A stretch of DNA of 64,000 nucleotides from a bacterium. Lineage in GTDB: Bacteria > SAR324 > JACQKK01. The translations under genes were made by a program, and so were the position numbers. Shown here piece by piece: positions 51,666-64,000 of this stretch (position 1 is the stretch's first letter; the number at the start of each line of letters is the position of its first letter). The notes under the pieces are model-generated. The model saw only the letters and a program-made list of their open reading frames with translations, did no database searches and was not told the origin of the DNA. The stretch is from positions 1,024,001 to 1,088,000 of the forward strand of contig OZ251219.1 of assembly GCA_965240465.1 (NCBI GenBank), given 5' to 3'.

Positions 51666-52751
51666 TTGCTCTTTGTGAACTTCCAACCAGAATATGAGCC
51701 GCTCCGCCAGCTGGCAGATCAGCATGGCTTCTTGACGAAAGACAAAGTGGAATACATGCTAGGCGGCGGCTCAGGCAAGCGATTTTTTCGAATGCAGGTT
51801 AATGCCTATCCCTCAAGCGATATTAGTAGCCAATCCTGTAGCTATGGGAGCATCGTGGGAGTACTGGCAGAAACCAGCGAGCAAGTTAAACAATTTACTA
51901 CTAGTACGAACTTTTTTGCCTCCCAAGGTTTGCCTGTAGTTCGCTGCTTGGCTACAGGAAGTACTCCCCCCTGTTATTTGCTGGAAGATCTAGGCAATTG
52001 GACACTCTCTCAGCGGTTACAGAAATGGAGAATCAATAAGACAGATAGCATCCTCCCCGCTCTCTCTAAGGTAGTTTCTTGGCTACCGCGTTTTCAATGG
52101 CACGGAACCCAAGGTTTTAATCGCCAGCAATTGCCTATCAGGAATAAAATTAACCACCGCACCATTCAGAAGGATTGGCAGACCTTTACCCAATTCTTTA
52201 TCAAAGAACATCACCGAGATATGTTGCCCTCTATGGTAAAAGCTCAAGCTGATATCAACCAATTACTTACGCAGGTAGCCGACTTAGAAGGTTGCTGGTT
52301 TTGCTATCGTGATTTCCACTGCCGCAATATCATGTGGCCTGCCGAAGATGCTACTGGCGGGCCAATCTTTATTGACTATCAAGATGGCATGCAAGGTCCT
52401 CTAGCTTATGACCTAATTTCTCTGCTCTACAGCCCCGATACTGGCATTAATTCAGACCAGCGTGCTCAGTTGACTACCACCTATCTAGAGGTACTTGCTC
52501 AGACAGGTTTGCCTGTGCCAGCTGATTTCTCTCGCCAGTGTCTTTTGCTTACTTGGCAAAGACGCACCCAAGCATTAGGGGCTTATGCCCGCATCGCCAA
52601 GCAGGGCAAGTCCGAATTTTTAGCAAAGATTCCAGTAGCAGTTGCAGATCTACTCCAATTGCTGAAAGACAATCAATTTCCGTCTGGGCTTCCATCTTTA
52701 CAGGATTGGATAAAAGAATTATTGGAGAAAGCAGCGGCTCTTAATTATTAG
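51666..52751 (+). CDS. Aminoglycoside-phosphotransferase-fold sugar kinase (AmgK-like)
   Basis: GSGKRFFR, LLEDLG, YRDFHCRNIM, IDYQD...GPLAYDLISLL. Confidence 0.8.
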   Translation: MLFVNFQPEYEPLRQLADQHGFLTKDKVEYMLGGGSGKRFFRMQVNAYPSSDISSQSCSYGSIVGVLAETSEQVKQFTTSTNFFASQGLPVVRCLATGSTPPCYLLEDLGNWTLSQRLQKWRINKTDSILPALSKVVSWLPRFQWHGTQGFNRQQLPIRNKINHRTIQKDWQTFTQFFIKEHHRDMLPSMVKAQADINQLLTQVADLEGCWFCYRDFHCRNIMWPAEDATGGPIFIDYQDGMQGPLAYDLISLLYSPDTGINSDQRAQLTTTYLEVLAQTGLPVPADFSRQCLLLTWQRRTQALGAYARIAKQGKSEFLAKIPVAVADLLQLLKDNQFPSGLPSLQDWIKELLEKAAALNY

Positions 52752-52900
52752 AGTATGATGTGCTACGAATTTCTCCGAGGATTATCCTTGTCTTCTAAAG
52801 AAATAAAAAGCAGGGATAAAAAATGATATTATGATTGAGAAAGTTGTTTTAAGCTAAGGATGCATATTCTAAAAGAGATATAGCATTCTAAACAAAGGAG

Positions 52901-54466
52901 TTGATGATGATTTGGTGGTGGATCGCAGGAGTGGTACTGGCATTACTGTTGTTGCGAGCATTGATAGATGTGGTACAACGCCAGCATACGATTTTGCATA
53001 ATTTTCCTCTGTTGGGTCATTTGCGATACCTACTGGAGGCGGTTGGTCCAGAACTGCGTCAGTATATTGTTACCAACAATGAGGAAGAGCGTCCTTTTAG
53101 TCGTGACCAAAGGCGTTGGGTGTATGCTTCCTCCAAGTTAGAAAATAATTACTTTGGGTTTGGTTCAGACAACGATATGGATAAGGAAAGAGGACATATT
53201 ATTGTCAAGCATGTAGCCTTTCCCTTAGAGGTTCCCGTGGCAGGTGGTGAGCATTACGACCCTGACTATTGGCTACCTTGTGGTAAGGTGTTGGGGAAAA
53301 CACGCAAGCGGAAGCATGCCTTTCGGCCGCAGTCATTGGTGTATTGTTCGGGGATGAGCTTTGGTGCTTTGAGTTCCACAGCCATTGAGTCTTTGAATAA
53401 GGGTTGTAAATTGGTGGGATGTCTGCACAACACGGGTGAAGGTTCGGTATCGCCATATCATCAGCATGGGGCGGATTTGATATGGCAGATAGGCACGGGA
53501 TACTTTGGCTGTCGCGATCAGCATGGAGGATTTGAAATCAATCGTTTTAAGCAAGTAGTCGAAGAAAACCCCGTACGTTGTATAGAGATTAAGCTTAGTC
53601 AGGGTGCTAAGCCTGGCAAGGGAGGTATTTTGCCTGCGGAAAAGATTACCGCAGAGATTGCCACTATTAGGGGCATTCCTAGGAATAAAGATTGCCTTAG
53701 TCCTGCGGGGCATACTGTTTTCTCGGATGCAGACGGGCTGCTGGATTTTGTGGAAAAGCTGGCTAGTGTTTCGGGTTTGCCAGTGGGCATCAAGTCTGCG
53801 GTGGGCGACATGGGTTTTTGGAAAGACCTGACACGCTTGATGAAGCGCGGTAATCGGGGGGTAGATTTCGTCACCATAGATGGCGGGGAAGGTGGAACGG
53901 GAGCAGCCCCCCTGGTATTTACCGATCATGTGTCTATGCCATTTAAGACGGGGTTTAATCGGGTGCACCGAGTGTTTGCAGAGGCGGGTCTGGTAGAGAA
54001 AGTGGTATTTATTGGCTCAGGGCGACTGGGGTTGCCATCGCGAGCTATCATGGCTTTGGCTTTAGGCTGCGATATGATAGCTGTTGCCCGTGAATCCATG
54101 CTAGCCATCGGTTGCATACAAGCACAGCGATGCCACACAGGTAGCTGTCCTTCTGGAGTAGCCACTCAAAATCGCTGGCTTAAATCGGGCTTAGATCCTA
54201 ATTTAAAGTCGGTTCGCTTTGCTAATTATATTGTTACCTTAAGAAAAGAATTGCTGTTGCTTTCCTATGCCTGTGGTCAACTACACCCGTCCTTAATTCC
54301 TACAGATCAATTTGAGCTGTTGGATGGAGGTGATGCTATCTCATTTGCAGAAAATTATCAGCTGAAGAAAAATTCTTGTTTATTGTCAAAAAATGACCAA
54401 GAAAGCCTTAAAAAAGTAATCGCCCAGCATAGCGTACCACCAGAAGAAAAAACTAAGGTTGCCTGA
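52901..54466 (+). CDS. FMN-binding glutamate synthase family protein
   Basis: SGMSFGALS, HNTGEG, EIKLSQGAKPGKGG, IDGGEGGTGAAP, CIQAQRCHTGSCPSG. Confidence 0.92.
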   Translation: MMMIWWWIAGVVLALLLLRALIDVVQRQHTILHNFPLLGHLRYLLEAVGPELRQYIVTNNEEERPFSRDQRRWVYASSKLENNYFGFGSDNDMDKERGHIIVKHVAFPLEVPVAGGEHYDPDYWLPCGKVLGKTRKRKHAFRPQSLVYCSGMSFGALSSTAIESLNKGCKLVGCLHNTGEGSVSPYHQHGADLIWQIGTGYFGCRDQHGGFEINRFKQVVEENPVRCIEIKLSQGAKPGKGGILPAEKITAEIATIRGIPRNKDCLSPAGHTVFSDADGLLDFVEKLASVSGLPVGIKSAVGDMGFWKDLTRLMKRGNRGVDFVTIDGGEGGTGAAPLVFTDHVSMPFKTGFNRVHRVFAEAGLVEKVVFIGSGRLGLPSRAIMALALGCDMIAVARESMLAIGCIQAQRCHTGSCPSGVATQNRWLKSGLDPNLKSVRFANYIVTLRKELLLLSYACGQLHPSLIPTDQFELLDGGDAISFAENYQLKKNSCLLSKNDQESLKKVIAQHSVPPEEKTKVA

Positions 54467-54552
54467 TTTTGCACTGCCTAGTTTTATTATCAGTTGTCTT
54501 TATAAAAGCTGAAAAAATACGAATTTTAGAAACATTTTATTGTTAGTACCTA

Positions 54553-55338
54553 ATGGATATTCGTAGCGAATCGTTTTTATTTCCCAACTCTAAAGGTCAG
54601 AATTTAGATAGCCGTTTAGAGTACCCAGAATCATCCCCTTCTGCGTGTGCCATATTTGCTCACTGCTTTACTTGCTCAAAGACTTCTGTTGCTGCTTATC
54701 ACATTAGCAAACAACTGGCTAGAAAAGGAATTGCGGTACTCAGGTTTGACTTTACTGGCCTGGGTGCCAGCAAGGGTGAATTCTCCGATACCAATTTTTC
54801 TTCCAATGTCCAAGACTTGTTAGCTGCGATGGATCACTTGAGCAAAGTAATTGCCCCGCCCTCTTTACTAGTCGGTCATTCCTTAGGAGGTACTGCCTGT
54901 TTGGCAGCTGCTCTGCAATCTCCGTATGTTAAGGCTGTGGCTACCATTGGTTCTCCTGCTGAGCCTGCCCACGTGGCACGCCTTATTTCTCCTGTAGAAC
55001 GGAAGGCTATCCAAAACCAGCCAGAAGTCACTGTCCAGATTGACGGTCGCCCTTTTCGCATCCGTAAGCAATTTCTTGATGACATCCAACAGTACAAATT
55101 ACTGGAAAAAATTCCCCAGCTGAATAAAGCTCTGCTCGTAATGCATGCTCCTGGCGATGATACCGTCCCCATAGATAATGCTACCCGCATCTTCATGCTT
55201 GCTCGCCACCCGAAAAGTTTTTGTTCCCTTGATAGTGCAGATCACTTGCTCACCCGTTCCCAGGATGCCCAATGGGTAGCAGATATCATTGCTGCTTGGG
55301 CTGGGAGGTTCATCAAGACCAGTTATCAAGCATCTTAG
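54553..55338 (+). CDS. Alpha/beta hydrolase (N-terminal domain type of hydrolase-OsmC fusions, without OsmC)
   Basis: FAHCFTCSK, LRFDFTGLG, GHSLGG, HPKSF..LDSADHLL. Confidence 0.85.
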   Translation: MDIRSESFLFPNSKGQNLDSRLEYPESSPSACAIFAHCFTCSKTSVAAYHISKQLARKGIAVLRFDFTGLGASKGEFSDTNFSSNVQDLLAAMDHLSKVIAPPSLLVGHSLGGTACLAAALQSPYVKAVATIGSPAEPAHVARLISPVERKAIQNQPEVTVQIDGRPFRIRKQFLDDIQQYKLLEKIPQLNKALLVMHAPGDDTVPIDNATRIFMLARHPKSFCSLDSADHLLTRSQDAQWVADIIAAWAGRFIKTSYQAS

Positions 55339-55371
55339 AACGATATTTAAGTCTTTCATTAGGGAGGGCCA

Positions 55372-55443
55372 TGGGCACGGCTGGGATTGAACCAGCGGCC
55401 CCCACCATGTCACGGTGGTGCTCTCCCACTGAGCTACGTGCCC
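55372..55443 (-). tRNA. tRNA-Val(GAC)
   Basis: Reverse-complement cloverleaf; anticodon arm ccacc-gtgacat-ggtgg; no encoded CCA. Confidence 0.93.
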
Positions 55444-55564
55444 TTGCTTTTCCAGCACGGGGATATGTGATGCTATCTATAACCCAAACGACTGGAAACA
55501 GTGCTGAGGTTATCATAATCAGGCTTTTATTCTCAAGATATATGGATTCATATTTAACATGTAA

Positions 55565-56110
55565 ATGTGGCATAATAGAACAAAGGGCAATACATATAAA
55601 AAGTACATTGTGAATTTATTATCATTTTTTGGTTTGTTTAGGGGCTCAAAGTCTACCACTGGTTTAGTGGCTGAGGCTGTGGCAGGGAAATTATCTACGG
55701 ATATGAATTCTGTGCAAGAAGGTTGTCTTGAAACGGATGAGCAGCTTAAGGTTTGGGATACTCCACTGGTGGACTTGGATGAACTTGGTTTGGCAGGTTG
55801 GCAAATGGAGCGTGGAGTCAAATGGCGTATGCCCCCTGCGGGTGAGGTACGAATGGATAGCAATTGGTTCATAAATATTACCCAAGAGTGGTTTAATGTT
55901 GAAGAGAGCCTAGAAGATACAGGGTGTCCTTCGCTATTGGATTGGAACAGCGAGCGTGAAAAGGTGGGGGTTCTCAGTATGAGAGATTTAGTGCTGGACT
56001 TACAACCTTTTGCCTCAGACAAGGGGGCGGAAGGCTGGTGGGAAAGGCAGGGAGTAATGTCGCTGAATATGGAGGAATTAGAGACTGCCAAGCGTGCAGT
56101 GGAAAAATAA
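55565..56110 (+). CDS. Hypothetical acidic protein
   Basis: 181-aa ORF; start uncertain; no recognised motif. Confidence 0.5.
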   Translation: MWHNRTKGNTYKKYIVNLLSFFGLFRGSKSTTGLVAEAVAGKLSTDMNSVQEGCLETDEQLKVWDTPLVDLDELGLAGWQMERGVKWRMPPAGEVRMDSNWFINITQEWFNVEESLEDTGCPSLLDWNSEREKVGVLSMRDLVLDLQPFASDKGAEGWWERQGVMSLNMEELETAKRAVEK

Positions 56111-56238
56111 AGAGATTTTGAAATATTATTTCTTGATGGCATTATTTTACAATAATTTTTAATAGTCTGCTTGCAGACGGTTTAATTGTGGTTTATGGTA
56201 GAAGATAATGAAACGCAGGTCATTTTAGATGGCTTGAA

Positions 56239-56249
56239 GTTCTTTGACA
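56239..56249 (+). promoter_or_regulatory. boxA-like rRNA antitermination element
   Basis: GTTCTTTGACA about 115 nt upstream of the 23S 5' end, the usual spacer boxA position. Confidence 0.6.
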
Positions 56250-56364
56250 GTAGTGTATGAGGACCCAAAATGCGGATGTGCATTTTGGGCAAATAAGCTT
56301 GAATTCGTAGTGATTTTTGGTTGGCCTTGATAGGGCTGATCTGTTGAGGATCTGTGGAATAAAA

Positions 56365-59364
<3,000 letters not shown>

Positions 59365-59425
59365 TTTTATTCCACATCCTCAATACACTAAAAGCAAATA
59401 CGCTGCAGTCAAAACTCCTGTGGAC

Positions 59426-59470
59426 GCAGAATCCTTGGAGGCAGAATCCCTGGAGGCAGAATCCCTGGAG
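59426..59470. repeat. 15-bp tandem repeat x3 (gcagaatcc[t/c]tggag)
   Basis: Read directly, immediately downstream of the 23S. Confidence 0.9.
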
Positions 59471-59491
59471 GGATACTTGGATAGGAATATC

Positions 59492-59519
59492 TTGACAAAA
59501 ATCTAGAAGTTGTTATACG
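59492..59519 (+). promoter_or_regulatory. Putative sigma70 promoter for the DUF1761-DUF1761-5S unit
   Basis: Perfect TTGACA, 16-nt spacer, extended TG-n-TATACG. Confidence 0.45.
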
Positions 59520-59587
59520 CTCTGGACGCAGTGACAGGTGGTCACTTGTTCATACTCTTTTTTTCTAGAATTAAAGGATATATCATT

Positions 59588-59989
59588 ATGAAAACGTTTT
59601 CCTCATTTCCCTGGCGGTACATTATTTTGGCTGCTGTAGCTTCTTTTGTTCTTTCTTTTGTATGGTATAGCCCTCCTCTCTTTGGTGAAATATGGGCTAC
59701 TTTGAGTGGAATTAATCCTGAAAATTTTGGGGTGTTCTTAGCGATAGTATCTTTCATTACTTATTTGCTACAGGCCACGGTTTTATTTGCTGTTTTAAGA
59801 GCTTTTAACGCCAAAGGACTTGATGGGGAATGGTTCACTGCGGTTCTGCTAGTCGGAGTTACAGGCACTCTGTACTTATCAGGCGGTGTTTTATATTTGC
59901 AGAGGCCGCTTGATTTATTTTATATTGAAGGCGGTGATTACTTGCTTGGTATTTTTGTGACCGGATTGATATTGAGTCGCAAGGTATAA
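59588..59989 (+). CDS. DUF1761-like 4-TM membrane protein, paralog 1
   Basis: ILAAVASFVLSFVWYSPPLFGEIW signature; ATG 59588 with upstream AAAGGA (ORF track start 59510). Confidence 0.8.
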   Translation: MKTFSSFPWRYIILAAVASFVLSFVWYSPPLFGEIWATLSGINPENFGVFLAIVSFITYLLQATVLFAVLRAFNAKGLDGEWFTAVLLVGVTGTLYLSGGVLYLQRPLDLFYIEGGDYLLGIFVTGLILSRKV

Positions 59990-60055
59990 GAATTTTGTAG
60001 AATAGTAGGTTGTCAATTTGCTATTTTCTTAACACTTCCTTCAAGAGAGGTTTTT

Positions 60056-60460
60056 ATGGAATTGATTTCAGTACTCCCCTTTGGTGCCATCGTGTTGGCA
60101 ACTGTGGCATCTTTTGTTGTTCAGTTTATCTGGTACAGCCCACTGGGATTTGCTAAGGCTTGTAAAAAGTTCAGCAACTCAAACCAAAATTGTAATTGCT
60201 CTATTGCTTATGGTATTTCGCTCAGCTTAATTGCTTTGTTTTTGCAGGCCGTATTGTTGTCTTTTGTATTACAGGCTCTGAATTCTCAAGGCTTTGACAC
60301 GGCTTTGTACGTAACTAGTTTGCTGCTGATTATCAGTGGTAGTGCTAATATGCTGATGGGCTCACTTAGTAATCAAAAGTCAAATATTTTTTTGGCTATT
60401 AACGTAGGAGGATACACAGCAACCGTGGTAACCTCTGCTATAGTATTGGCACTTGTTTAA
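60056..60460 (+). CDS. DUF1761-like 4-TM membrane protein, paralog 2
   Basis: VLATVASFVVQFIWYSPLGF; RBS GAGG; aligns by eye with paralog 1 (LQA.L...L.A.N..G.D). Confidence 0.75.
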   Translation: MELISVLPFGAIVLATVASFVVQFIWYSPLGFAKACKKFSNSNQNCNCSIAYGISLSLIALFLQAVLLSFVLQALNSQGFDTALYVTSLLLIISGSANMLMGSLSNQKSNIFLAINVGGYTATVVTSAIVLALV

Positions 60461-60493
60461 CGTATTTTAAGAAGGAGAAAAACGGCTTTGGTT

Positions 60494-60610
60494 TTGCGGT
60501 GATTATGGCGGAGATGTTCCACCTGTTCCCATCCCGAACACAGTAGTGAAAGTTTCCTGCGCCGATGGTACTGCCCCTTTCAGGGGTGGGAGAGTAGGGC
60601 GTTGCCGTGA
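60494..60610 (+). rRNA. rrf: 5S ribosomal RNA
   Basis: CCACCTGTTCCCATCCCGAACACAG..GTGAA, GCCGATGGTACT, GGGAGAGTAGG; flanking complementary stem aaacggctt / aagccgttt. Confidence 0.97.
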
Positions 60611-60673
60611 TCCAAGCCGTTTATTTTCCTCATTTTGCGAATACGGGTTGTTTTAATCCATCACATTTAAGTT

Positions 60674-60706
60674 AAGCAAGATTGCCGTTATGGGCGTATC
60701 TTGCTT
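60674..60706. terminator. Hairpin between convergent 5S and cyaY, possible terminator
   Basis: aagcaagat...atcttgctt inverted repeat. Confidence 0.45.
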
Positions 60707-60755
60707 GCCCTCGAAATAGGACAGTATGGCAGCTTGTTTGCTGTTGTAAGACTAA

Positions 60756-61085
60756 TTAGAACTCTACAGTAATACCTGTTTCGTCCTGGATGATTTTTCT
60801 GAGGAGAGCCAGTAATTCATTGGCGGAGTCTTTTTCATCTCGCCATGACTGAGTTTCTGAGTGGTAGGAAAATCGGTAGGCAGTGCCTTTGGATGCTACC
60901 GCCAGCCAGAGCTGTTGCAAGGGCGGTTGTGTACTGATGATCCAGTACTTCTGATTAACAATTAAGGTGAGAGTTCCGTGGCTGTCTTCGCACTCAATTT
61001 GGTCATCATCTAGGGCATCAATGACGCTCTGGATGTGCTTGCGAGTGGCCTCAATTTTTTGTCGGTATACTTGGGGAGTGAGCAT
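60756..61085 (-). CDS. cyaY: Frataxin/CyaY iron donor protein
   Basis: HGTLTL, WIISTQPPLQQLWLA, FSY...W. Confidence 0.85.
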   Translation of the reverse strand: MLTPQVYRQKIEATRKHIQSVIDALDDDQIECEDSHGTLTLIVNQKYWIISTQPPLQQLWLAVASKGTAYRFSYHSETQSWRDEKDSANELLALLRKIIQDETGITVEF

Positions 61086-61104
61086 ATAATCTATGTGTCA
61101 GGGG

Positions 61105-61181
<77 letters not shown>

Positions 61182-61371
61182 TTGTTGCTTCAACCGATTT
61201 CCTGACCCTTAAAATGAGCATGACAAAGAAAAAAACAGAAACACACCATACGGCTATGGTAATGCGTTTTCTTTATCGGGGCAAGTTTTTAGTTGATGAT
61301 TCTAAGCTTGAATTCAAAAAACAATACCAAGATGGAATATTCTATCAACTCAAATGCGTTGACTGCGGATC

Positions 61372-62151
61372 TTGATTTCATGCCATGTCTTTTGCAATTC
61401 CTTGCTTGTACCAATAATAATAGTAAGAACATCTTTAGGTTCAGTAGTACCATGCCTTAGGGAAGCGGTATTTTTGCTTTTTGCTGTTGATGAAAATTTC
61501 ATGGTTGAGATCATCCTACTTACGTTAAGAATCAGTCTGACGGCAGCCTTGTTGGCGGCTGTGTTGGGATTACCCTTAGGGGCTGTGTTAGCATTTTGCC
61601 GATTTCCTGGTCGTCAGGTGCTGGTGGTATTGGTGAATACCTTTATGTCCTTGCCACCAGTGGTAGTGGGAGTGGGGGTATATTTGTTGCTGAGTCATGG
61701 GGGAGTATTAGGTTCGCTGGAGTGGTTATTTACTCCGGCTGCAATGGTGCTGGCACAAACGATTTTGGCACTACCAATTGTCGCGGCGTTGAGTCGTGAG
61801 ATATTGAATTCATTGTGGTCTGAGTATGGTTGTTTGCTACGTTCGCTGTACGCTAGTGTTCCTCAACGATTTTTGACCTTATTATGGGAGGGTCGGGGAC
61901 AGTTAATAACGGCAGTATTAGCTGGTTTTGGTCGGGCGATTTCAGAGGTAGGTGCGGTATTGATAGTGGGTGGTAATATTTTTGGTCAGACGCGTGTATT
62001 GACTACGGCTATTGCTCAGCAAGCCAGCCAGGGAGAATTGGATATGGCTCTTCAATTGGGGATGATTTTGCTAGGGTTGGCGTTGAGTGTCAACTTATTG
62101 ATGCAGATTATGCGTACTCGTTTGTTGCCTCATGAGGTTGCGGTGCCTTAG
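61372..62151 (+). CDS. tupB: Tungstate-type ABC transporter permease
   Basis: FPGR, LPPVVVG, GFGRAISEVGAVLIVGGNI...TRVLTTAI; true start probably downstream of 61372. Confidence 0.85.
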   Translation: MISCHVFCNSLLVPIIIVRTSLGSVVPCLREAVFLLFAVDENFMVEIILLTLRISLTAALLAAVLGLPLGAVLAFCRFPGRQVLVVLVNTFMSLPPVVVGVGVYLLLSHGGVLGSLEWLFTPAAMVLAQTILALPIVAALSREILNSLWSEYGCLLRSLYASVPQRFLTLLWEGRGQLITAVLAGFGRAISEVGAVLIVGGNIFGQTRVLTTAIAQQASQGELDMALQLGMILLGLALSVNLLMQIMRTRLLPHEVAVP

Positions 62152-62227
62152 TTTTAGGCAATTGAAGTGGTACTGTCGGCAAGCATAAGGCGGGATATAA
62201 CCCAAGATAAGGACAGGATATAGTTAG

Positions 62228-62902
62228 GTGCAAACAGCAATATTGAGCTTTAAGGCGGTTAGTTTTCGGGTGAGGGAGCGTTTGGTGTTGCAAAATGTAA
62301 GCTTTGATCTGGTTCAGCAGGGATGTACGGCTTTGCTGGGACACAATGGAGCTGGAAAGACGCTCAGTTTGATGTTGGCACACGGATTATTACAGCCTGC
62401 AGAGGGGTGCATTTGTTGGTCTAGTGAGGTGGTGGCTACTCAGGAGAGGGTTTTGGTATTGCATAATCCGGTTTTGCTGAGGCGTAGCGTACTAGCAAAT
62501 GTAATGTATCCACTTTTGCTTAGAGGAGTATCCCGAAACCAAAGCCGTAAGCGAGCACGGCAGGCTCTGGAGCATGCCCGCCTCATGCACCTGATTGACG
62601 CTCCAGCCCGTAGTTGTTCTGCGGGCGAAAAGCAACGGATAGCCCTCACACGGGCTTGGGTTTGTCGTCCAAGAATACTACTGCTAGATGAACCCACTGC
62701 TAACCTAGATCCCGCAGCAGTGCAACACATAGAAACAATGTTGCAACAAATAATCGGCGAGGGTAGCCGAGTGTTGCTGGCTACTCATGACTGGTCACAA
62801 GCTCAGCGATTGGCATCAGACGTGCTACTACTAAAACAAGGGCGGCTTATCAGACACCAGTCGGCAGAACAATTTTTCGTGCAATCACCCCGTAGCTGTT
62901 GA
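62228..62902 (+). CDS. tupC: Tungstate-type ABC transporter ATP-binding protein
   Basis: GHNGAGKT, PVLLRRSV, SAGEKQR, LLLDEPTANLDP. Confidence 0.82.
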   Translation: MQTAILSFKAVSFRVRERLVLQNVSFDLVQQGCTALLGHNGAGKTLSLMLAHGLLQPAEGCICWSSEVVATQERVLVLHNPVLLRRSVLANVMYPLLLRGVSRNQSRKRARQALEHARLMHLIDAPARSCSAGEKQRIALTRAWVCRPRILLLDEPTANLDPAAVQHIETMLQQIIGEGSRVLLATHDWSQAQRLASDVLLLKQGRLIRHQSAEQFFVQSPRSC

Positions 62903-62915
62903 TTAACAACCCAGT

Positions 62916-63314
62916 CTATCGCTTGGAGTATTGGAAATGCTTGCGTGCCCCGGGTTGACCGTATTTTTTGCGTTCTACCTTGCGAGAATCTCTAGTAAGC
63001 AACTTAGCTTGCTTGAGGATTGGTCGAGTCTCCTTCTCTGGCCAGGTTTGCAAAGCACGGGAGATACCATGGCGGAGGGCTTCAGCTTGACCGTTGTAGC
63101 CGCCTCCTCTAATGGTGGCGAGGATGTCAAAGGTGTTACTGGTGTCTGTGAGTTCAAGGGGCTGTTTCACGGTTACTTGCAGAGATTTTTGTTTGAAATA
63201 ATCTTCCATTGAGTGACTATTGATGGTAATTTTGCCTGTTCCTGGTCGCATGTAAACGCGAGCTACAGCACTCTTCCGTCTGCCAGTACCGATTAATTGC
63301 TTGGAAATATCCAT
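62916..63314 (-). CDS. rpsI: 30S ribosomal protein S9
   Basis: GTGRRKSAVARV, ERKKYGQPGARKHFQYSKR. Confidence 0.98.
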   Translation of the reverse strand: MDISKQLIGTGRRKSAVARVYMRPGTGKITINSHSMEDYFKQKSLQVTVKQPLELTDTSNTFDILATIRGGGYNGQAEALRHGISRALQTWPEKETRPILKQAKLLTRDSRKVERKKYGQPGARKHFQYSKR

Positions 63315-63320
63315 AGGGTT

Positions 63321-63824
63321 TTAGGGATTGGGATTTTGTCCTAATAGAAGCCATGGCTGTGCTTCTTGGGCTACGTGGGGGTGGTCTTCGTAGGGATAGA
63401 TTTTAAGTCTGGTGTGTAGGATATTCCGCCCCAGAATATTTTTAGGCAACATGCGTTTAATGGCTAGTCGCATTATTTCAGTAGGTTTGTTTTTCATCAG
63501 TTGTATCGCCTTAGTGGATTTCAGTCCACCAGGGTATCCCGTATGTCTGTGGTATTGCTTGTCTTGTAATTTATTGCCACTCAGCAAGATGTGTGCGGCG
63601 TTAATCACAACGACATAATCTCCCAGATTAAGATGAGGTGAAAAATGGGGCTTGTGCTTGCCTATCAACAGGCTAGCAATTTGACTAGCAGCCCTACCCA
63701 AGATCTGTGCTTTGGCATCCACCACCAGCCACTTAGGTGCTAGAGGGCTACGGGCACGGAAATCAAGCTGGCGAGGGGAGAATGTCTTGTTGCCTAAAAC
63801 AGGGCTTATTTTGTGTACGGTCAT
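63321..63824 (-). CDS. rplM: 50S ribosomal protein L13
   Basis: WLVVDA...LGRAAS, GKHKP, RHTGYPGG; likely ATG at 63824 (ORF track start 63854). Confidence 0.97.
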   Translation of the reverse strand: MTVHKISPVLGNKTFSPRQLDFRARSPLAPKWLVVDAKAQILGRAASQIASLLIGKHKPHFSPHLNLGDYVVVINAAHILLSGNKLQDKQYHRHTGYPGGLKSTKAIQLMKNKPTEIMRLAIKRMLPKNILGRNILHTRLKIYPYEDHPHVAQEAQPWLLLGQNPNP

Positions 63825-64000
63825 AGCTACAAGAGTTGTGGTAGAACTGGCCAATTAGTAGATGAGAGCATCAGCGGCCAGCCTGGCACAAAAGAGTGGT
63901 GTGCGTCAAGTTTTTTCAGTAATTGATAATTTAACCCCCATAATATTATGGTGGGTTGAGAGTACCAAGCTGGAATAGAAATTGCTACTTACTCCAAGGG

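Noticed and set aside
53333-53968. 211-aa antisense ORF and other shadow ORFs inside well-supported genes
   Set aside because: Antisense or off-frame to confidently identified CDSs and without motifs.
59426-59470. 15-bp x3 repeat as CRISPR or iterons
   Set aside because: Head-to-tail with no spacers and no rep or cas gene nearby.

Overview
Bacterial core-genome window of a Gram-negative, deltaproteobacterial-type lineage (possibly SAR324-like; this is an inference from gene style and the 23S sequence, not a database result). No prophage, IS element or CRISPR array is visible. In order it contains: partial trkA, lepB, an orphan DNA methyltransferase-uvrD-gspE/pilB run, 7 tRNAs spread across the window, secE-nusG-rplKAJL followed by clpP instead of rpoBC, a 7TM-DISM adenylate cyclase, dnaG, a PgpH-like 7TM-HD protein, ybeY, aspS, LPS transferases, rpmF-fabD-fabG-acpP-fabF-gcvH, a tandemly duplicated family-5 solute-binding protein gene, lpdA-pdhABC, an RND efflux system, comF, an amgK-like kinase, 23S and 5S rRNA, cyaY, tupBC, rpsI and rplM. 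The most unusual signals are: (1) a dismembered rRNA operon, with no 16S upstream of the 23S and two paralogous DUF1761-like membrane-protein genes between 23S and 5S; (2) a kb-scale sawtooth G/C strand skew that flips inside single genes; (3) a 2150-bp duplication with a sandwiched third allele and mostly non-synonymous differences, which may be an assembly artefact; (4) an unannotated 58-aa RadA-type zinc-ribbon ORF; (5) many normally conserved operons are broken.
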